DNA from: Deltaproteobacteria bacterium
GTDB lineage: Bacteria > Desulfobacterota > Dissulfuribacteria > Dissulfuribacterales > UBA3076
Assembly: GCA_003194495.1 (NCBI GenBank)
Contig: PQXE01000014.1
Span: 1 to 37,801 of the forward strand
Reading direction: 5' to 3'
Length of the DNA: 37,801 bases
Shown: positions 1 through 8,620 of the stretch, in pieces
How the letters are laid out: each line of letters opens with the position of its first letter
How positions within the stretch are numbered: position 1 is the stretch's first letter
The notes under the pieces: generated by a model
The model's database searches: none
The model's input: only the letters and a program-made list of their open reading frames with translations
What the model was told of the DNA's origin: nothing
Translations under genes and position numbers: made by a program

Positions 1-570
1 CGCGCTGGTAGCAATGGAGACACGGTGCCAGCGCTCACTCTGACGGGCAAGAAAGGCATCGGTATCCGCAACGGAAACCTCTAAAAAAATCTGCTGCTGT
101 GTGTTGAACCAAGTAAGGAATTTTTCTATGTGCCACTGGTAATTGGCGACCGTTACCGATGACAATCCACGCTCATTCTGCAAGTTGTTGGTAAAGTGCT
201 CCACCAAGGAGGCAAAGGGTTTTGGTTCGGTCTCAGGGATAGTCAGTCGACCTAAGAACTGTAGCCAAGCGGTAGCAGTTTGTCGGAACAAAATCTGCGA
301 CCAACGCTCCGACTGTGCACGATTTCGGTGTTTTTGTTGCCAAGCCCAACGTTCAGCGGCTACCTCAATCGCTAAAGGCGTGATCATTTCGTTGTTTGCC
401 AGATCCAGTTCCTGAACAATGACAAAAAGTTCCCGCGCCAACTTTACTAAGGTGCTTGGAGCAGCCCCGTTCTTCGCACGTTTAGCTAGAAAGGATGCTC
501 GCTCCGCTGCAAGGGGGGCATTTTGATGGCGCAAAAGTGCGCAAGGTTGTTTGAACAGTTGATCGAACAT
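1..570 (-). CDS. Tyrosine recombinase/integrase N-terminal part, RitA-like (recombinase-in-trio); runs off the left edge
   Basis: Absent from the ORF track. Manual translation from ATG at 570 (GAGGAG RBS upstream) gives MFDQLFKQPCALLRHQNAPLAAERASFLAKRAKNGAAPSTL...WLQFLGRL...LVEHFTNNLQNERGLSSVTVANYQWHIEKFL..., open to base 1. ERGLSxxT is typical of integrase SAM-like domains; the N-terminus resembles RitA proteins. Confidence 0.8.
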   Translation of the reverse strand, partial: MFDQLFKQPCALLRHQNAPLAAERASFLAKRAKNGAAPSTLVKLARELFVIVQELDLANNEMITPLAIEVAAERWAWQQKHRNRAQSERWSQILFRQTATAWLQFLGRLTIPETEPKPFASLVEHFTNNLQNERGLSSVTVANYQWHIEKFLTWFNTQQQIFLEVSVADTDAFLARQSERWHRVSIATSA

Positions 571-607
571 TTTCAGATCTCCTCTGTAGAAGAAATCTGA
601 TCAATAT

Positions 608-724
608 CACATAAATTATGTGGTGCCTAGCTGACTATGATGTTAGTCTAAACAGTTAGTTAGAGTTTTGGCGCCACATAATATCCGGCGCCACATAACG
701 AGTCTTATGTGGTGCGCCACATAA
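608..724. repeat. Terminal array of recombinase-binding repeats (GCGCCACATAA / TTATGTGGTGC) marking the element end
   Basis: Copies at 616-626 (inverted), 671-681, 688-698, 705-715 (inverted) and 714-724. 688-715 forms an 11-6-11 inverted pair. CACATAA-A-TTATGTG palindrome at 608-622. Confidence 0.8.
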
Positions 725-805
725 TGTGCGTAAATAGCGCCAGCACGGTTCTGCGAGGGGCTTGGTGACAATGACTAAATGGTCAAAGAAACCAGTCTAC
801 TCGAC
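725..805 (+). mobile_element. Group II intron 3' end (truncated domain V plus domain VI)
   Basis: tgtgcg-taaata-gcgc-ca-gcacggttc-tgcgagggg matches DV lacking its 5' GAGCCG. DVI stem gggcttggt...accagtct-A-ctc carries the bulged branch A and ends with the canonical CTACTCGAC. Confidence 0.75.
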
Positions 806-948
806 CAGGGCACCGCATCTGCTTTGTTGTCGGGCACTTGAAGTACAGGGAGTACGTCTGCGTACCCGTACGCCTCGCATTTGCAGCACCCTGCTTACAG
901 TTCGGTGGTTTGCGGTAAAACGGGCGTTGTAATTCCGTGAACGGTTAC
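806..948 (+). mobile_element. MITE-like repeat, copy 1 (first 11 bp of left TIR missing)
   Basis: Aligns along its length with 2862-2996 (gggcacttgaagtacagggagtacgtctgc..., cggtaaaacgggc...) and ends in GTGAACGGTTAC at 937-948. Confidence 0.8.
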
Positions 949-966
949 CCTTTTCCGTAACAAGGC

Positions 967-1001
967 TTGCAAACCTCTTCTTTAAGATATAATATATCTT
1001 A
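967..1001 (+). promoter_or_regulatory. Likely TA promoter with operator palindrome
   Basis: TTGCAA at 967 and TATAAT at 988 (15-bp spacer, or 17 bp to TAATAT at 990). A perfect TAAGATATA-A-TATATCTTA palindrome (983-1001) overlaps the -10 box. Confidence 0.6.
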
Positions 1002-1025
1002 TATCTCTTGATGGAGGAAACGAAA

Positions 1026-1262
1026 ATGGAAAAGGTGCTTGTTTCTTTGCCTGATGATCTGGTAGTCCGAATGCGGACAATCATTCCAACTAGACAACGA
1101 AGTAAAGTCCTCGCCAAATTGCTGGAAGAGGAGCTAAAAAAACGAGAAAATGAGCTTTATAAACGCGCTTGCGAGGTAGATGCGGATGAAGCCATCAACA
1201 CAGAAATGGCCGATTGGGACACAACAGTAGGAGACGGAATTGAAGAATCTGAAACGTGGTGA
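1026..1262 (+). CDS. Antitoxin (ribbon-helix-helix/CopG-like) of a MazF/PemK system
   Basis: MEKVLVSLPDDL... RHH-type N-terminus and acidic C-terminus WDTTVGDGI. GGAGG RBS at 1013; overlaps the toxin start. Confidence 0.8.
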   Translation: MEKVLVSLPDDLVVRMRTIIPTRQRSKVLAKLLEEELKKRENELYKRACEVDADEAINTEMADWDTTVGDGIEESETW

Positions 1263-1569
1263 TGTCTATTGGGTAAATCTCGATCCGACAAGAGGCTCTG
1301 AAATTCGCAAAACAAGGCCCTGTATTCTCGTAGGAGCGACACCCATCAACAAAGCAAGACGGACTGTCGTTGTTGTACCTATTTCGTCATCCGGAGTGCC
1401 TAGACCACCTCTAGCCGTTCCTGTCAACTGTTTTGGAAAACAGGCATTAGCAGTTTGTGATCAGATACGCGCAATAGATAAAACTCGTCTTGTTAGACGT
1501 GCGGAGTCTCTTGGAAAGGCAGATTTGGCCGAACTCGACAAAAATCTTCGCCAGGTTCTATCGCTCTGA
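1240..1569 (+). CDS. mazF: PemK/MazF family toxin endoribonuclease
   Basis: KRGDVYWVNLDPTRGSEIRKTRPC...VVPISS...CDQIRAIDKTRL motifs; TTG start with GGAG RBS. Confidence 0.92.
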   Translation: MKNLKRGDVYWVNLDPTRGSEIRKTRPCILVGATPINKARRTVVVVPISSSGVPRPPLAVPVNCFGKQALAVCDQIRAIDKTRLVRRAESLGKADLAELDKNLRQVLSL

Positions 1570-1666
1570 CTGAAGAAAGTGCGAGTAAGTGCGCAACAAG
1601 AGATCGTTTTATCCCGAACAGGAATCAGAAGAAGTTGGGCGACGTGGGGGAGTTAGTTTAATAGTT

Positions 1667-2480
1667 GGTAGTGGTTAAGTCTCATTTTAAATATATTCAT
1701 TATATGCAATAAAAAACACTTTAAAAACTATATGATGCATATATAAAACCTTCGAAAAAGCTAAAGTTTTTCTTGATACCCTCTGCAAACATTGACGAAT
1801 AGTGCAAACAGTCTTTCTATATGATTCGTTTCGCCTGATTCTTTTACAGCGCATTTATGAAATTTAGGATCAAATATATGTTTATAGGATTCCCGAAAAT
1901 CACTAAATGAGCATTTACCTCTATAAAAACATGGAATACGTTTTCATAACTTACGACATCTCTTCTTACTTCTATCACCAATCACAAAAGCAATTACTTG
2001 CCTATTATATCTAGCTATAGCAACCCATATCCAAACCTTAAAAATAGTAGAAAAAACAAAAGACCACATTCCGTCAACTTCTATCACTTCATTTTCATCA
2101 GGTTCTACCAATGTATCCTTCAAATCTTTCTCTTTCGCTTTATTTTTTAGCCAACCAGATACTGTCTGCCGACACACCTTAAATTTTCTTTCAATGCATC
2201 TTAAAGACATCCCCTCCATATAACATCCGATAACTAATTCCTTAAAATTATCTGAATATTTTTTGTACTGTGGGTTATCTCTACTATATTTACCGTAATT
2301 ATTACATTTATATAATTGCTTACCATTTATTGAATTAAATCCATGCTTAACAATATTCTCGCTATTACAATGATAACAATTTATTTTCATAATTTTCTCT
2401 ACCACAGCCTACCTCCTATCAATTTTTATTATATACTGCCATATAAATGACCGTAAATCAAACGCAAATTAACCACTACC
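1667..2480 (-). mobile_element. IS1-family insertion sequence (814 bp, degenerate)
   Basis: Perfect 12-bp TIRs GGTAGTGGTTAA (1667-1678) and TTAACCACTACC (2469-2480). AT-rich; no target-site duplication. Confidence 0.85.
1688..2405 (-). pseudogene. IS1 transposase (InsA-InsB type) pseudogene
   Basis: Zn-ribbon CYHC...KHG...QLYKC, HTH, and D-MWSFV...WIWVA...IAFVIGDRS. TGA at 1944-1946 replaces the usual Trp; homology continues (SDF, GETNHIER, then frameshifted IRQ...RKT and SFSK). Confidence 0.85.
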
Positions 2481-2850
2481 GGGAATAAATATACCCTTCA
2501 GAAAATGCGCAATATGCTATTTGAAAAAAGGAACTGCACGATTGAGCAGGATCATTCCGGCAACCTAGACTCTTTTGGATTGGCAGCATAAAGGGACCAT
2601 TGAAGATCACGTCGCAAAAATGCTATTATCTCTAAGCCAAAAAGGGAAAAACAAAGTCTTATGGTGGAATAATCGAGGTGTCTTTCTACACGCAAGCAAT
2701 CAGTATGAAATGTCATAAAGTGTTCTGAAATATAATCATGGAGCAGTTAACAATAACAACTGCGAAAGTTTAGTATATTATATAACTTAGTATTTATACT
2801 ACTACATAAGGATAATCAAGGCCGAAAAAGAGGAGCCCTTTACCAAATTC

Positions 2851-2996
2851 GTAACCGTTCACAGAGCACTGCATCTGGGCACTTGAAGTACAGGGAGTAC
2901 GTCTGCATACCCGTACGCCCTGCATCTGCACAGCACACTGTAAATGCTTACAGTTCGGTGCGGTAAAACGGGCATTGTAATCCCGTGAACGGTTGC
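2851..2996 (+). mobile_element. MITE-like repeat, copy 2 (intact, 146 bp)
   Basis: TIRs GTAACCGTTCAC (2851-2862) and GTGAACGGTTGC (2985-2996), internal hairpin ggg-a-gtacg...cgtac-g-ccc, no transposase. Abuts the ntrX stop codon. Confidence 0.8.
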
Positions 2997-4384
2997 TATG
3001 TTTTCAGACCCAATGCCTTGATTTTCCTGTGCAGGTGCCTCCTTTCAATTCCAATAGCCTGGGCGGTTTTTTTGATATTACCCTGGTGTTCGGCAAGTTT
3101 TTTTTCAAGATATTCCTGTTCAAATAAGGCCTTTGCCTCCCTGAAGTCCCGGCAACTCAGCCAAGCAGGCCCGGAAATCGAGAAACTAGTCTGTGCCTCG
3201 GTGGCGGCCCCAAGGCCCTGATGAAAAGATGGGGGCAGATCATCTATTGTAATCTCCGGCCCTTTGGTCAAGATTACAAGCCTTTCTATCATATTGCGCA
3301 ACTCTCTCACATTTCCCGGCCAGTCATATGCCATAAATGCATCAATTACTTCCTGGTTTGCCCTTTTCTTGGGACCATGGGCGGTATTACCGGAAAATTC
3401 GCTCAAAAAACCTTCTGTAAGGAGAAAAATGTCATCCTTGCGCTCCCTGAGAGGTAAAACCTCTATAGGTATCACGTTTAGCCTGTAGTAAAGGTCCTCC
3501 CGGAAATCCCCTTTCCTTATCTCTTTTTCAAGGTCTTTGTTTGTGGCTGCCATGATGCGCACGTCTATTGTTATAGTTTTGCTGCCACCGACCCGCTCGA
3601 ACCTCTGTTCCTGGAGTATTCGCAGGATCTTAGCCTGGGTCTTAAGGCTCATATCCGTTATTTCATCAAGGAACAGGGTCCCTTCGTTTGCAAGGTCAAA
3701 TTTTCCCTTTCTCATCGTGGTTGCACCAGTAAAGGCCCCTTTCTCATGTCCAAACAGCTCGCTCTCAATAAGCTCTTCAGGTATTGCAGCACAGTTGACT
3801 TCTATGAGTGGTTTCCGGTTCCGCTTGCTCATTCGATGAATAGTTTGGGCCACGAGTTCCTTGCCCGTTCCGTTTTCCCCCTGGATCAGTACCCACGCAT
3901 CAGTAGGAGCGACAATAGCGAGCTGTTCCTTGAGCCTTCTCATGGCAGGGCTTTCACCAATGAGTTCCCGCCTTTCCCCGGTCTTTTGCCTTAAAAAGAC
4001 GTTTTGTTCCCGAAGGTCGTGATATTTGAGGGCATTCTGGATCGCTAGAAGCAAATGTTCATAGGAAAGAGGCTTTTCTATAAAGTCATATGCCCCCAGC
4101 CTAGTGGCCTTTACGGCCGTTTCAATGGTTCCGTGGCCGGACATGATTACTGCCGGGATAAACGGCCAGTCGGCCTTTATCCGTTTCAATACTTCAAGGC
4201 CGTCCATGCCCGGCATCCAGATATCCAGCAGGACAAGATCCGGAAGGTCCTCTCCCATGATCTCAAGGGACGTCTCTCCGTCCGGTGAGGTCTGCACGTC
4301 AAAGCCCTCGTCTTCAAGGATATCCGTCACAGATTGAAGGATTGACTCTTCGTCATCTACTACAAGTATCTTTTTCTTTACCAT
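2996..4384 (-). CDS. ntrX: Sigma-54-dependent response regulator, NtrX-type (REC-AAA+-HTH)
   Basis: ILVVDDE, LLDIWMPG, GENGTGKE, GAFTGA, LFLDE, WPGNVREL and a C-terminal Fis HTH; directly downstream of an NtrY-like kinase. Confidence 0.9.
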   Translation of the reverse strand: MVKKKILVVDDEESILQSVTDILEDEGFDVQTSPDGETSLEIMGEDLPDLVLLDIWMPGMDGLEVLKRIKADWPFIPAVIMSGHGTIETAVKATRLGAYDFIEKPLSYEHLLLAIQNALKYHDLREQNVFLRQKTGERRELIGESPAMRRLKEQLAIVAPTDAWVLIQGENGTGKELVAQTIHRMSKRNRKPLIEVNCAAIPEELIESELFGHEKGAFTGATTMRKGKFDLANEGTLFLDEITDMSLKTQAKILRILQEQRFERVGGSKTITIDVRIMAATNKDLEKEIRKGDFREDLYYRLNVIPIEVLPLRERKDDIFLLTEGFLSEFSGNTAHGPKKRANQEVIDAFMAYDWPGNVRELRNMIERLVILTKGPEITIDDLPPSFHQGLGAATEAQTSFSISGPAWLSCRDFREAKALFEQEYLEKKLAEHQGNIKKTAQAIGIERRHLHRKIKALGLKT

Positions 4385-4409
4385 GGCAAAATTGTTCTAC
4401 CCGCTCAAT

Positions 4410-6656
4410 TCAGGTAATAGGAAAAATCAATATAAATCTAGCCCCGCCGGGAATATTATCTTCCACCAGTATGCGTCCATTATGGTCCGATACAATAGAG
4501 CTTACAATAGCAAGCCCAAGGCCTGTGCCCCCCTTTCTTTTAGAAAAATAGGGTTCAAAGAGCCTTGGAAGGTCCTCAGGGGAAATACCTGGTCCTGTAT
4601 CGGACACACTGAGACATATTTCATTCCCGTCAGTGTTATATGTTATCTGAATGCCTATTTTACCACCATCAGGCATGGAGGCTACCGCATTGTCCAGAAG
4701 GTTGATAAGTGCCCTCTTTATCTGGTCAGGGTCCAATAAGGCATCCGGCAACCCTTCCTGTGCGTCCAGTTTAAATTTAATATTTGGGTGTCCATCCCTG
4801 TAAAGTGCAAGTACGTCATCTGCCAAACCGTCCAGCCTCGTGGGTTGAAGTCTGGGGACCGGCATCCTGGCAAAATTGGAAAATTCATCTACAAGATGTT
4901 TGAGTTCTTTTGCCTGGCTTATGATCGTATTTGTACATTTGTCAAAAACAACCCTGGCTTCGTCATCCAGCTTGTCAAGATATTTCTTGCGCAGTCTTTG
5001 TGCTGAGAGCTGTATGGGAGTTAAGGGATTCTTGACTTCATGTGCGATGCGCCTGGCTACCTCGCGCCAAGCAGCGAGGCGCTGAATCTTCTCAAGCTCT
5101 GTCAGGTCATCAAAGACTATGACTACTCCGAGAGATTTTTCATCCTGGTCTCTTAATATGGTAAAGCTTGCCAGGAGAGAAAGGGTCTTTTCTTTTATTT
5201 CCATGCGAATCGGACGCTGAAGCGTGCCTTTTGGAGAAAGGCTGAGTTCCTGCCTGATTTCCTCAAATTCCTTGGCTTGATCCTTTGTCAGGAGCTGAAG
5301 ATACGGCTTCCCGATTACCTGATCCGAGGACATATCCAGAATGCTCGCAGCTGATTTGTTCATAAGAGTAACCGCACCCTGTCTGTCAATGGATATTACC
5401 CCTGCTGTTACGTTCTGTAGGATAATCTCAATATAGCGCCGGCGTTGTTCCAGTTCGCCATAGCTCTTTCGCAACTGCCTTGAGGTTTCTTCAGTCCTGC
5501 GTCTGGCTTCCTTAAGGTCCTGGGTCATGATATTAAATGCCCGCACCAGAGAACTGAGTTCATCCTTACCTTTGGCTTCAAGGCTGAAATCCAGGTCTCC
5601 CAGTGCTACACGGTGAGTGGCCTCGGCAATCATCTGGACAGGCTCTGTGATGCTCTTGGCAAGCCGGAATCCAAACCATATTGAAACAAAAATGATCAGG
5701 AAAGTAATCAGGAAAAGGGTGATTAACAGGGAACCCTTAATTGGGTTCTGGAACAGTCGCAACTGGCGATAATCCTCATAACCCGAGCGAATATTATCGA
5801 GCAGGTAACTTATATCCTGGGGCATCAAGTGGCCCAAAGCCAATACGGCCTGAATACTGTCGTCTGCATTTCTTAAAGGGCGTATGACCCGGATTAGTTC
5901 ACCGCCCTCCAAAGAGACACTGTGCACCAGAGAATCCTTACCTTCAAAAACCTGGTCCAGCACTGAGGGAGGAATGCTTGGCGGCATATCCACGAGCGGT
6001 AGCCATATCTTAACAAAAAGTTCTTTATGAGATGAGTTTATTACCTCTATGGAATTAAAGTGGATTGCGCTGCCGGGATTTTGAGTACCAGGTAATAGTA
6101 GTGTTGGATTCACTAGCTGTTCTACGCATACCCTGTTTATTGTATTGTCCTCTTCAAAACATCTCAGGCTCAGGAGTCTCTCCATCTCTTGGGACAGATG
6201 CTGCAACTCAGTAACCTGGCCTTCGTAATATGTTCTTCCTATTGTCAGAGCATTATCAAGGGACCTTTCCACCTTTATGTTAAACCAGTATCCGATGCTG
6301 GTCCGGAGAAACTGGAAGGAGACCAGAAAGAGCAGTATCGTAGGAATAAGGGATAGAGAGACAAAGGCTATTACGAGTTTGGTCCTGAGCTTGGCTCCCA
6401 GCAAATTTTTTCTGTCTTCGAATATCAGTTTGACCAGATTACGTACTACAAGAAAACCTAAAAGCAGGATAAGGAGAATATTAAGGTTGATTACTGCAAA
6501 GATGAGTACATTGCTACTTGTCGATAGTGGACTGAAACCGGAGATCAGATGGTACTCGGCCACGGACAGCAGGGCGATAAGAACCCCTGCTGCCATCATG
6601 ATGATTCGTTCGATTCTTCGTTTTCTAGCTTCGCTAGTAGTTAAAGCGGATTTCAT
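4410..6656 (-). CDS. ntrY: NtrY-type membrane sensor histidine kinase (HAMP-PAS-HisKA-HATPase)
   Basis: N-terminal TM helices, AAWREVARRIAHEVKNPLTPIQLSAQRL H-box, NLLDNA, DTGPG, GTGLGL. Confidence 0.9.
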   Translation of the reverse strand: MKSALTTSEARKRRIERIIMMAAGVLIALLSVAEYHLISGFSPLSTSSNVLIFAVINLNILLILLLGFLVVRNLVKLIFEDRKNLLGAKLRTKLVIAFVSLSLIPTILLFLVSFQFLRTSIGYWFNIKVERSLDNALTIGRTYYEGQVTELQHLSQEMERLLSLRCFEEDNTINRVCVEQLVNPTLLLPGTQNPGSAIHFNSIEVINSSHKELFVKIWLPLVDMPPSIPPSVLDQVFEGKDSLVHSVSLEGGELIRVIRPLRNADDSIQAVLALGHLMPQDISYLLDNIRSGYEDYRQLRLFQNPIKGSLLITLFLITFLIIFVSIWFGFRLAKSITEPVQMIAEATHRVALGDLDFSLEAKGKDELSSLVRAFNIMTQDLKEARRRTEETSRQLRKSYGELEQRRRYIEIILQNVTAGVISIDRQGAVTLMNKSAASILDMSSDQVIGKPYLQLLTKDQAKEFEEIRQELSLSPKGTLQRPIRMEIKEKTLSLLASFTILRDQDEKSLGVVIVFDDLTELEKIQRLAAWREVARRIAHEVKNPLTPIQLSAQRLRKKYLDKLDDEARVVFDKCTNTIISQAKELKHLVDEFSNFARMPVPRLQPTRLDGLADDVLALYRDGHPNIKFKLDAQEGLPDALLDPDQIKRALINLLDNAVASMPDGGKIGIQITYNTDGNEICLSVSDTGPGISPEDLPRLFEPYFSKRKGGTGLGLAIVSSIVSDHNGRILVEDNIPGGARFILIFPIT

Positions 6657-7248
6657 ACCATTCAGTCTGGCAACCCCACGAGGAAAACAGGTCCAAAAGG
6701 CCTTTAAAAGGCAGGGACGATGCTGCTTCTTCCATCTTTGCCCGTACCCGCAATGTATAGGTCTTTCCCCGAGGCAGTTCGGACAAAGAAATTATCGAGA
6801 CGTCGTTGATCTCAAAAGCAAGCGTTTTTGCTTCTTCTAAGGTGCTCACACTGACTACCCTGGGGGAATCCGGACCGGATGAAACCCTGTATTCCCCTTT
6901 GAGATTGTCATATGTAAGTGTTCTTAATATGAAACGTCGGGAAAGGTTCTTTGTAATCAGAAAACGGGGTGCCTGTAGCTCTACTTCGTAGATATAGCGT
7001 ACTATAATCCCGCTTTCTAATGCAATTTGCACATACGGAGGACACCCGTTTTTTAGGGAAAAGTAGGCCAGTAGCTTATCCCGGGAATTTGATACTGTAA
7101 AATCATAGATTTTTGGGCCAGGCCGGTCCTCCGCCAATGATACAGTTGTTTTAATTCTTGGAAATAAAGAACAGGGTGTCAGGATCAAAACAAACAGAAA
7201 AGTTATAAGTAGGATGGATTTTGACGAGATCACTCGGTAGCTTAGCAA
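6634..7248 (-). CDS. DUF4390-like exported protein
   Basis: Signal-like N-terminus, ALESGI...LTYDNL...Y, C-terminal TEWY; this family usually lies upstream of ntrY. Confidence 0.7.
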   Translation of the reverse strand: MLSYRVISSKSILLITFLFVLILTPCSLFPRIKTTVSLAEDRPGPKIYDFTVSNSRDKLLAYFSLKNGCPPYVQIALESGIIVRYIYEVELQAPRFLITKNLSRRFILRTLTYDNLKGEYRVSSGPDSPRVVSVSTLEEAKTLAFEINDVSIISLSELPRGKTYTLRVRAKMEEAASSLPFKGLLDLFSSWGCQTEWYEIRFNY

Positions 7249-7339
7249 TTTCTTTTATCTTCAAACCTTTTTGGTTCCGGCTTGTCCAAGTTAGGATTTT
7301 GTGAGCTTAATGAGTTAGTTATTGAAAAGCAAGGTGATT

Positions 7340-8605
7340 TCAGGGTTGACTGAGCCAAGTCCCATGAACAGCATCCCTGAGCAACAACAGATAGAGTGAT
7401 CCCGGTGCCTTCAGCCTTCCTGCAAGGTTTCCTGCCTCATCGCCTTCTCCGCAATATAGGTCCAGTCTATGTGGTCCTTTAATGGCACTGCCCGTGTCCT
7501 GATTGCACACAAAGCCCTGGAAGATTTCGGCACCTTCGTGGATCGGCCGGCTCACAGGCATTGGCACTTGTAAAAAGCATAGGGCGCCAGGCGGATAGAT
7601 CTTGTGGTCAAGGGCTACGGATCTCATGGGTGTCAGCACTTCTCCCAGCGTTCCTATTGGCCCTTCTTTTTCCCATTTAAAGAAAATGTATCTGGGATTG
7701 GCTGCAAATGCCTTTCTGAATTCACCCGGGTTTTCCTCTGCCCAGGCGCGGATTCCCGGCCAGTCTGCCTGATCCTTGGGTAGCAGTCTCTTGTCTATAA
7801 GCCATCGGCCGATACTATGATAGGGATGACCGTTACTGGAAGCGTAATGGATATATCTCCTGCTTTTGTCCTGAAACCGGAGTATCCCTGAACCCTGAAT
7901 ATGGAGCATAAGCCCATCCACTGGTGACTGTAGCCACGCAAGGACACCGGCACACTTGAGTTTCCCGCAGTTGTCAATGTCCGCTCGTGTATAGTATGGG
8001 ATCAGGCTTTGCCCGGATATCCTCCCGCAAAGGGTCTTGCGCGGAAGAGAGGAGTCAAAATCATGCAGTGCTATTCGAATAAGGTCCGGGGGAATTTCAT
8101 AAAGCGGATAGGAGAATTTTTCATCCGCCTTTAGAGAGGCAGCCAGTTCAGGCTGGAAATATCCTGTCACAAGAAACGGCCCGACAGGCCCCCTTTCCTT
8201 CTCATCACCAGTTATCCTGTAAACGATAAACATGCGGCGGAGTTCCCTCTGGAGATCCTCATGGGGAAGGTCTTGGTCCAGGAGTCTGGAAAAGGCTTTC
8301 AGTGTCTTCTTCAGTATACCTACAGTTATGGATTTATTGCCCCAGGGTATTTGCTCCTTATCCTTATGCTTTTCCAGATATTCCAGGCTGGCGGAAACGG
8401 CCTTTTGCAGGCCTTTTTTGTCCTTAAGATCCTCAAGGGCGGGAATTTGTTCAATGGGGACCTGTTCTATTAAAGGAACAGGTAAAAACACAGGCACAGG
8501 TGGAGTTGGTGGCCAGAAGAGCCGACACAAGACAACCAAGCCACCAAGGACCCCAATCAGCCCGATTAAGAAGATCCATAGGGCAATAGTCCGGTTAATC
8601 TCCAT
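7340..8605 (-). CDS. mltA: Membrane-bound lytic murein transglycosylase A
   Basis: TGYFQP, LHIQGSG, NGHPY, NPRYIFF, SVALD and the 3D-domain QDTGSAIKG..RLDLYCG. Confidence 0.9.
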   Translation of the reverse strand: MEINRTIALWIFLIGLIGVLGGLVVLCRLFWPPTPPVPVFLPVPLIEQVPIEQIPALEDLKDKKGLQKAVSASLEYLEKHKDKEQIPWGNKSITVGILKKTLKAFSRLLDQDLPHEDLQRELRRMFIVYRITGDEKERGPVGPFLVTGYFQPELAASLKADEKFSYPLYEIPPDLIRIALHDFDSSLPRKTLCGRISGQSLIPYYTRADIDNCGKLKCAGVLAWLQSPVDGLMLHIQGSGILRFQDKSRRYIHYASSNGHPYHSIGRWLIDKRLLPKDQADWPGIRAWAEENPGEFRKAFAANPRYIFFKWEKEGPIGTLGEVLTPMRSVALDHKIYPPGALCFLQVPMPVSRPIHEGAEIFQGFVCNQDTGSAIKGPHRLDLYCGEGDEAGNLAGRLKAPGSLYLLLLRDAVHGTWLSQP

Positions 8606-8620
8606 GTGACAGCCGACAGC

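Noticed and set aside
143-415. 90-aa plus-strand ORF (and the 797-1117 minus ORF)
   Set aside because: Shadows of the minus-strand recombinase gene and of the MITE/antitoxin region respectively.
1-570. Recombinase as the integron integrase for the cassette array
   Set aside because: It lies 17 kb away, has a RitA-like rather than IntI-like N-terminus, and carries its own terminal repeat array.
608-724. CRISPR array
   Set aside because: Repeats are 11-12 bp in mixed orientation with irregular short spacers, and no cas genes are present.
688-740. Chromosomal dif site
   Set aside because: The geometry is dif-like but the XerD arm TTATGTTAAAT is absent, and the motif is repeated five times beside a different recombinase.
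1944-1946. In-frame TGA in the IS1 transposase as selenocysteine or alternative-code Trp
   Set aside because: The position is normally Trp, not Cys; the other Trp codons checked are TGG; further frameshifts show ordinary decay.
2481-2850. Possible gene remnant between the IS1 and the MITE
   Set aside because: No ORF of 60 aa or more and no motif I can recognise.
7271-7296. ttggttccggcttgtccaagttagga, similar to ttatccgggttagga at 15343-15357
   Set aside because: Possibly ends of another small repeat family, but the match is short and no partner ends are visible.
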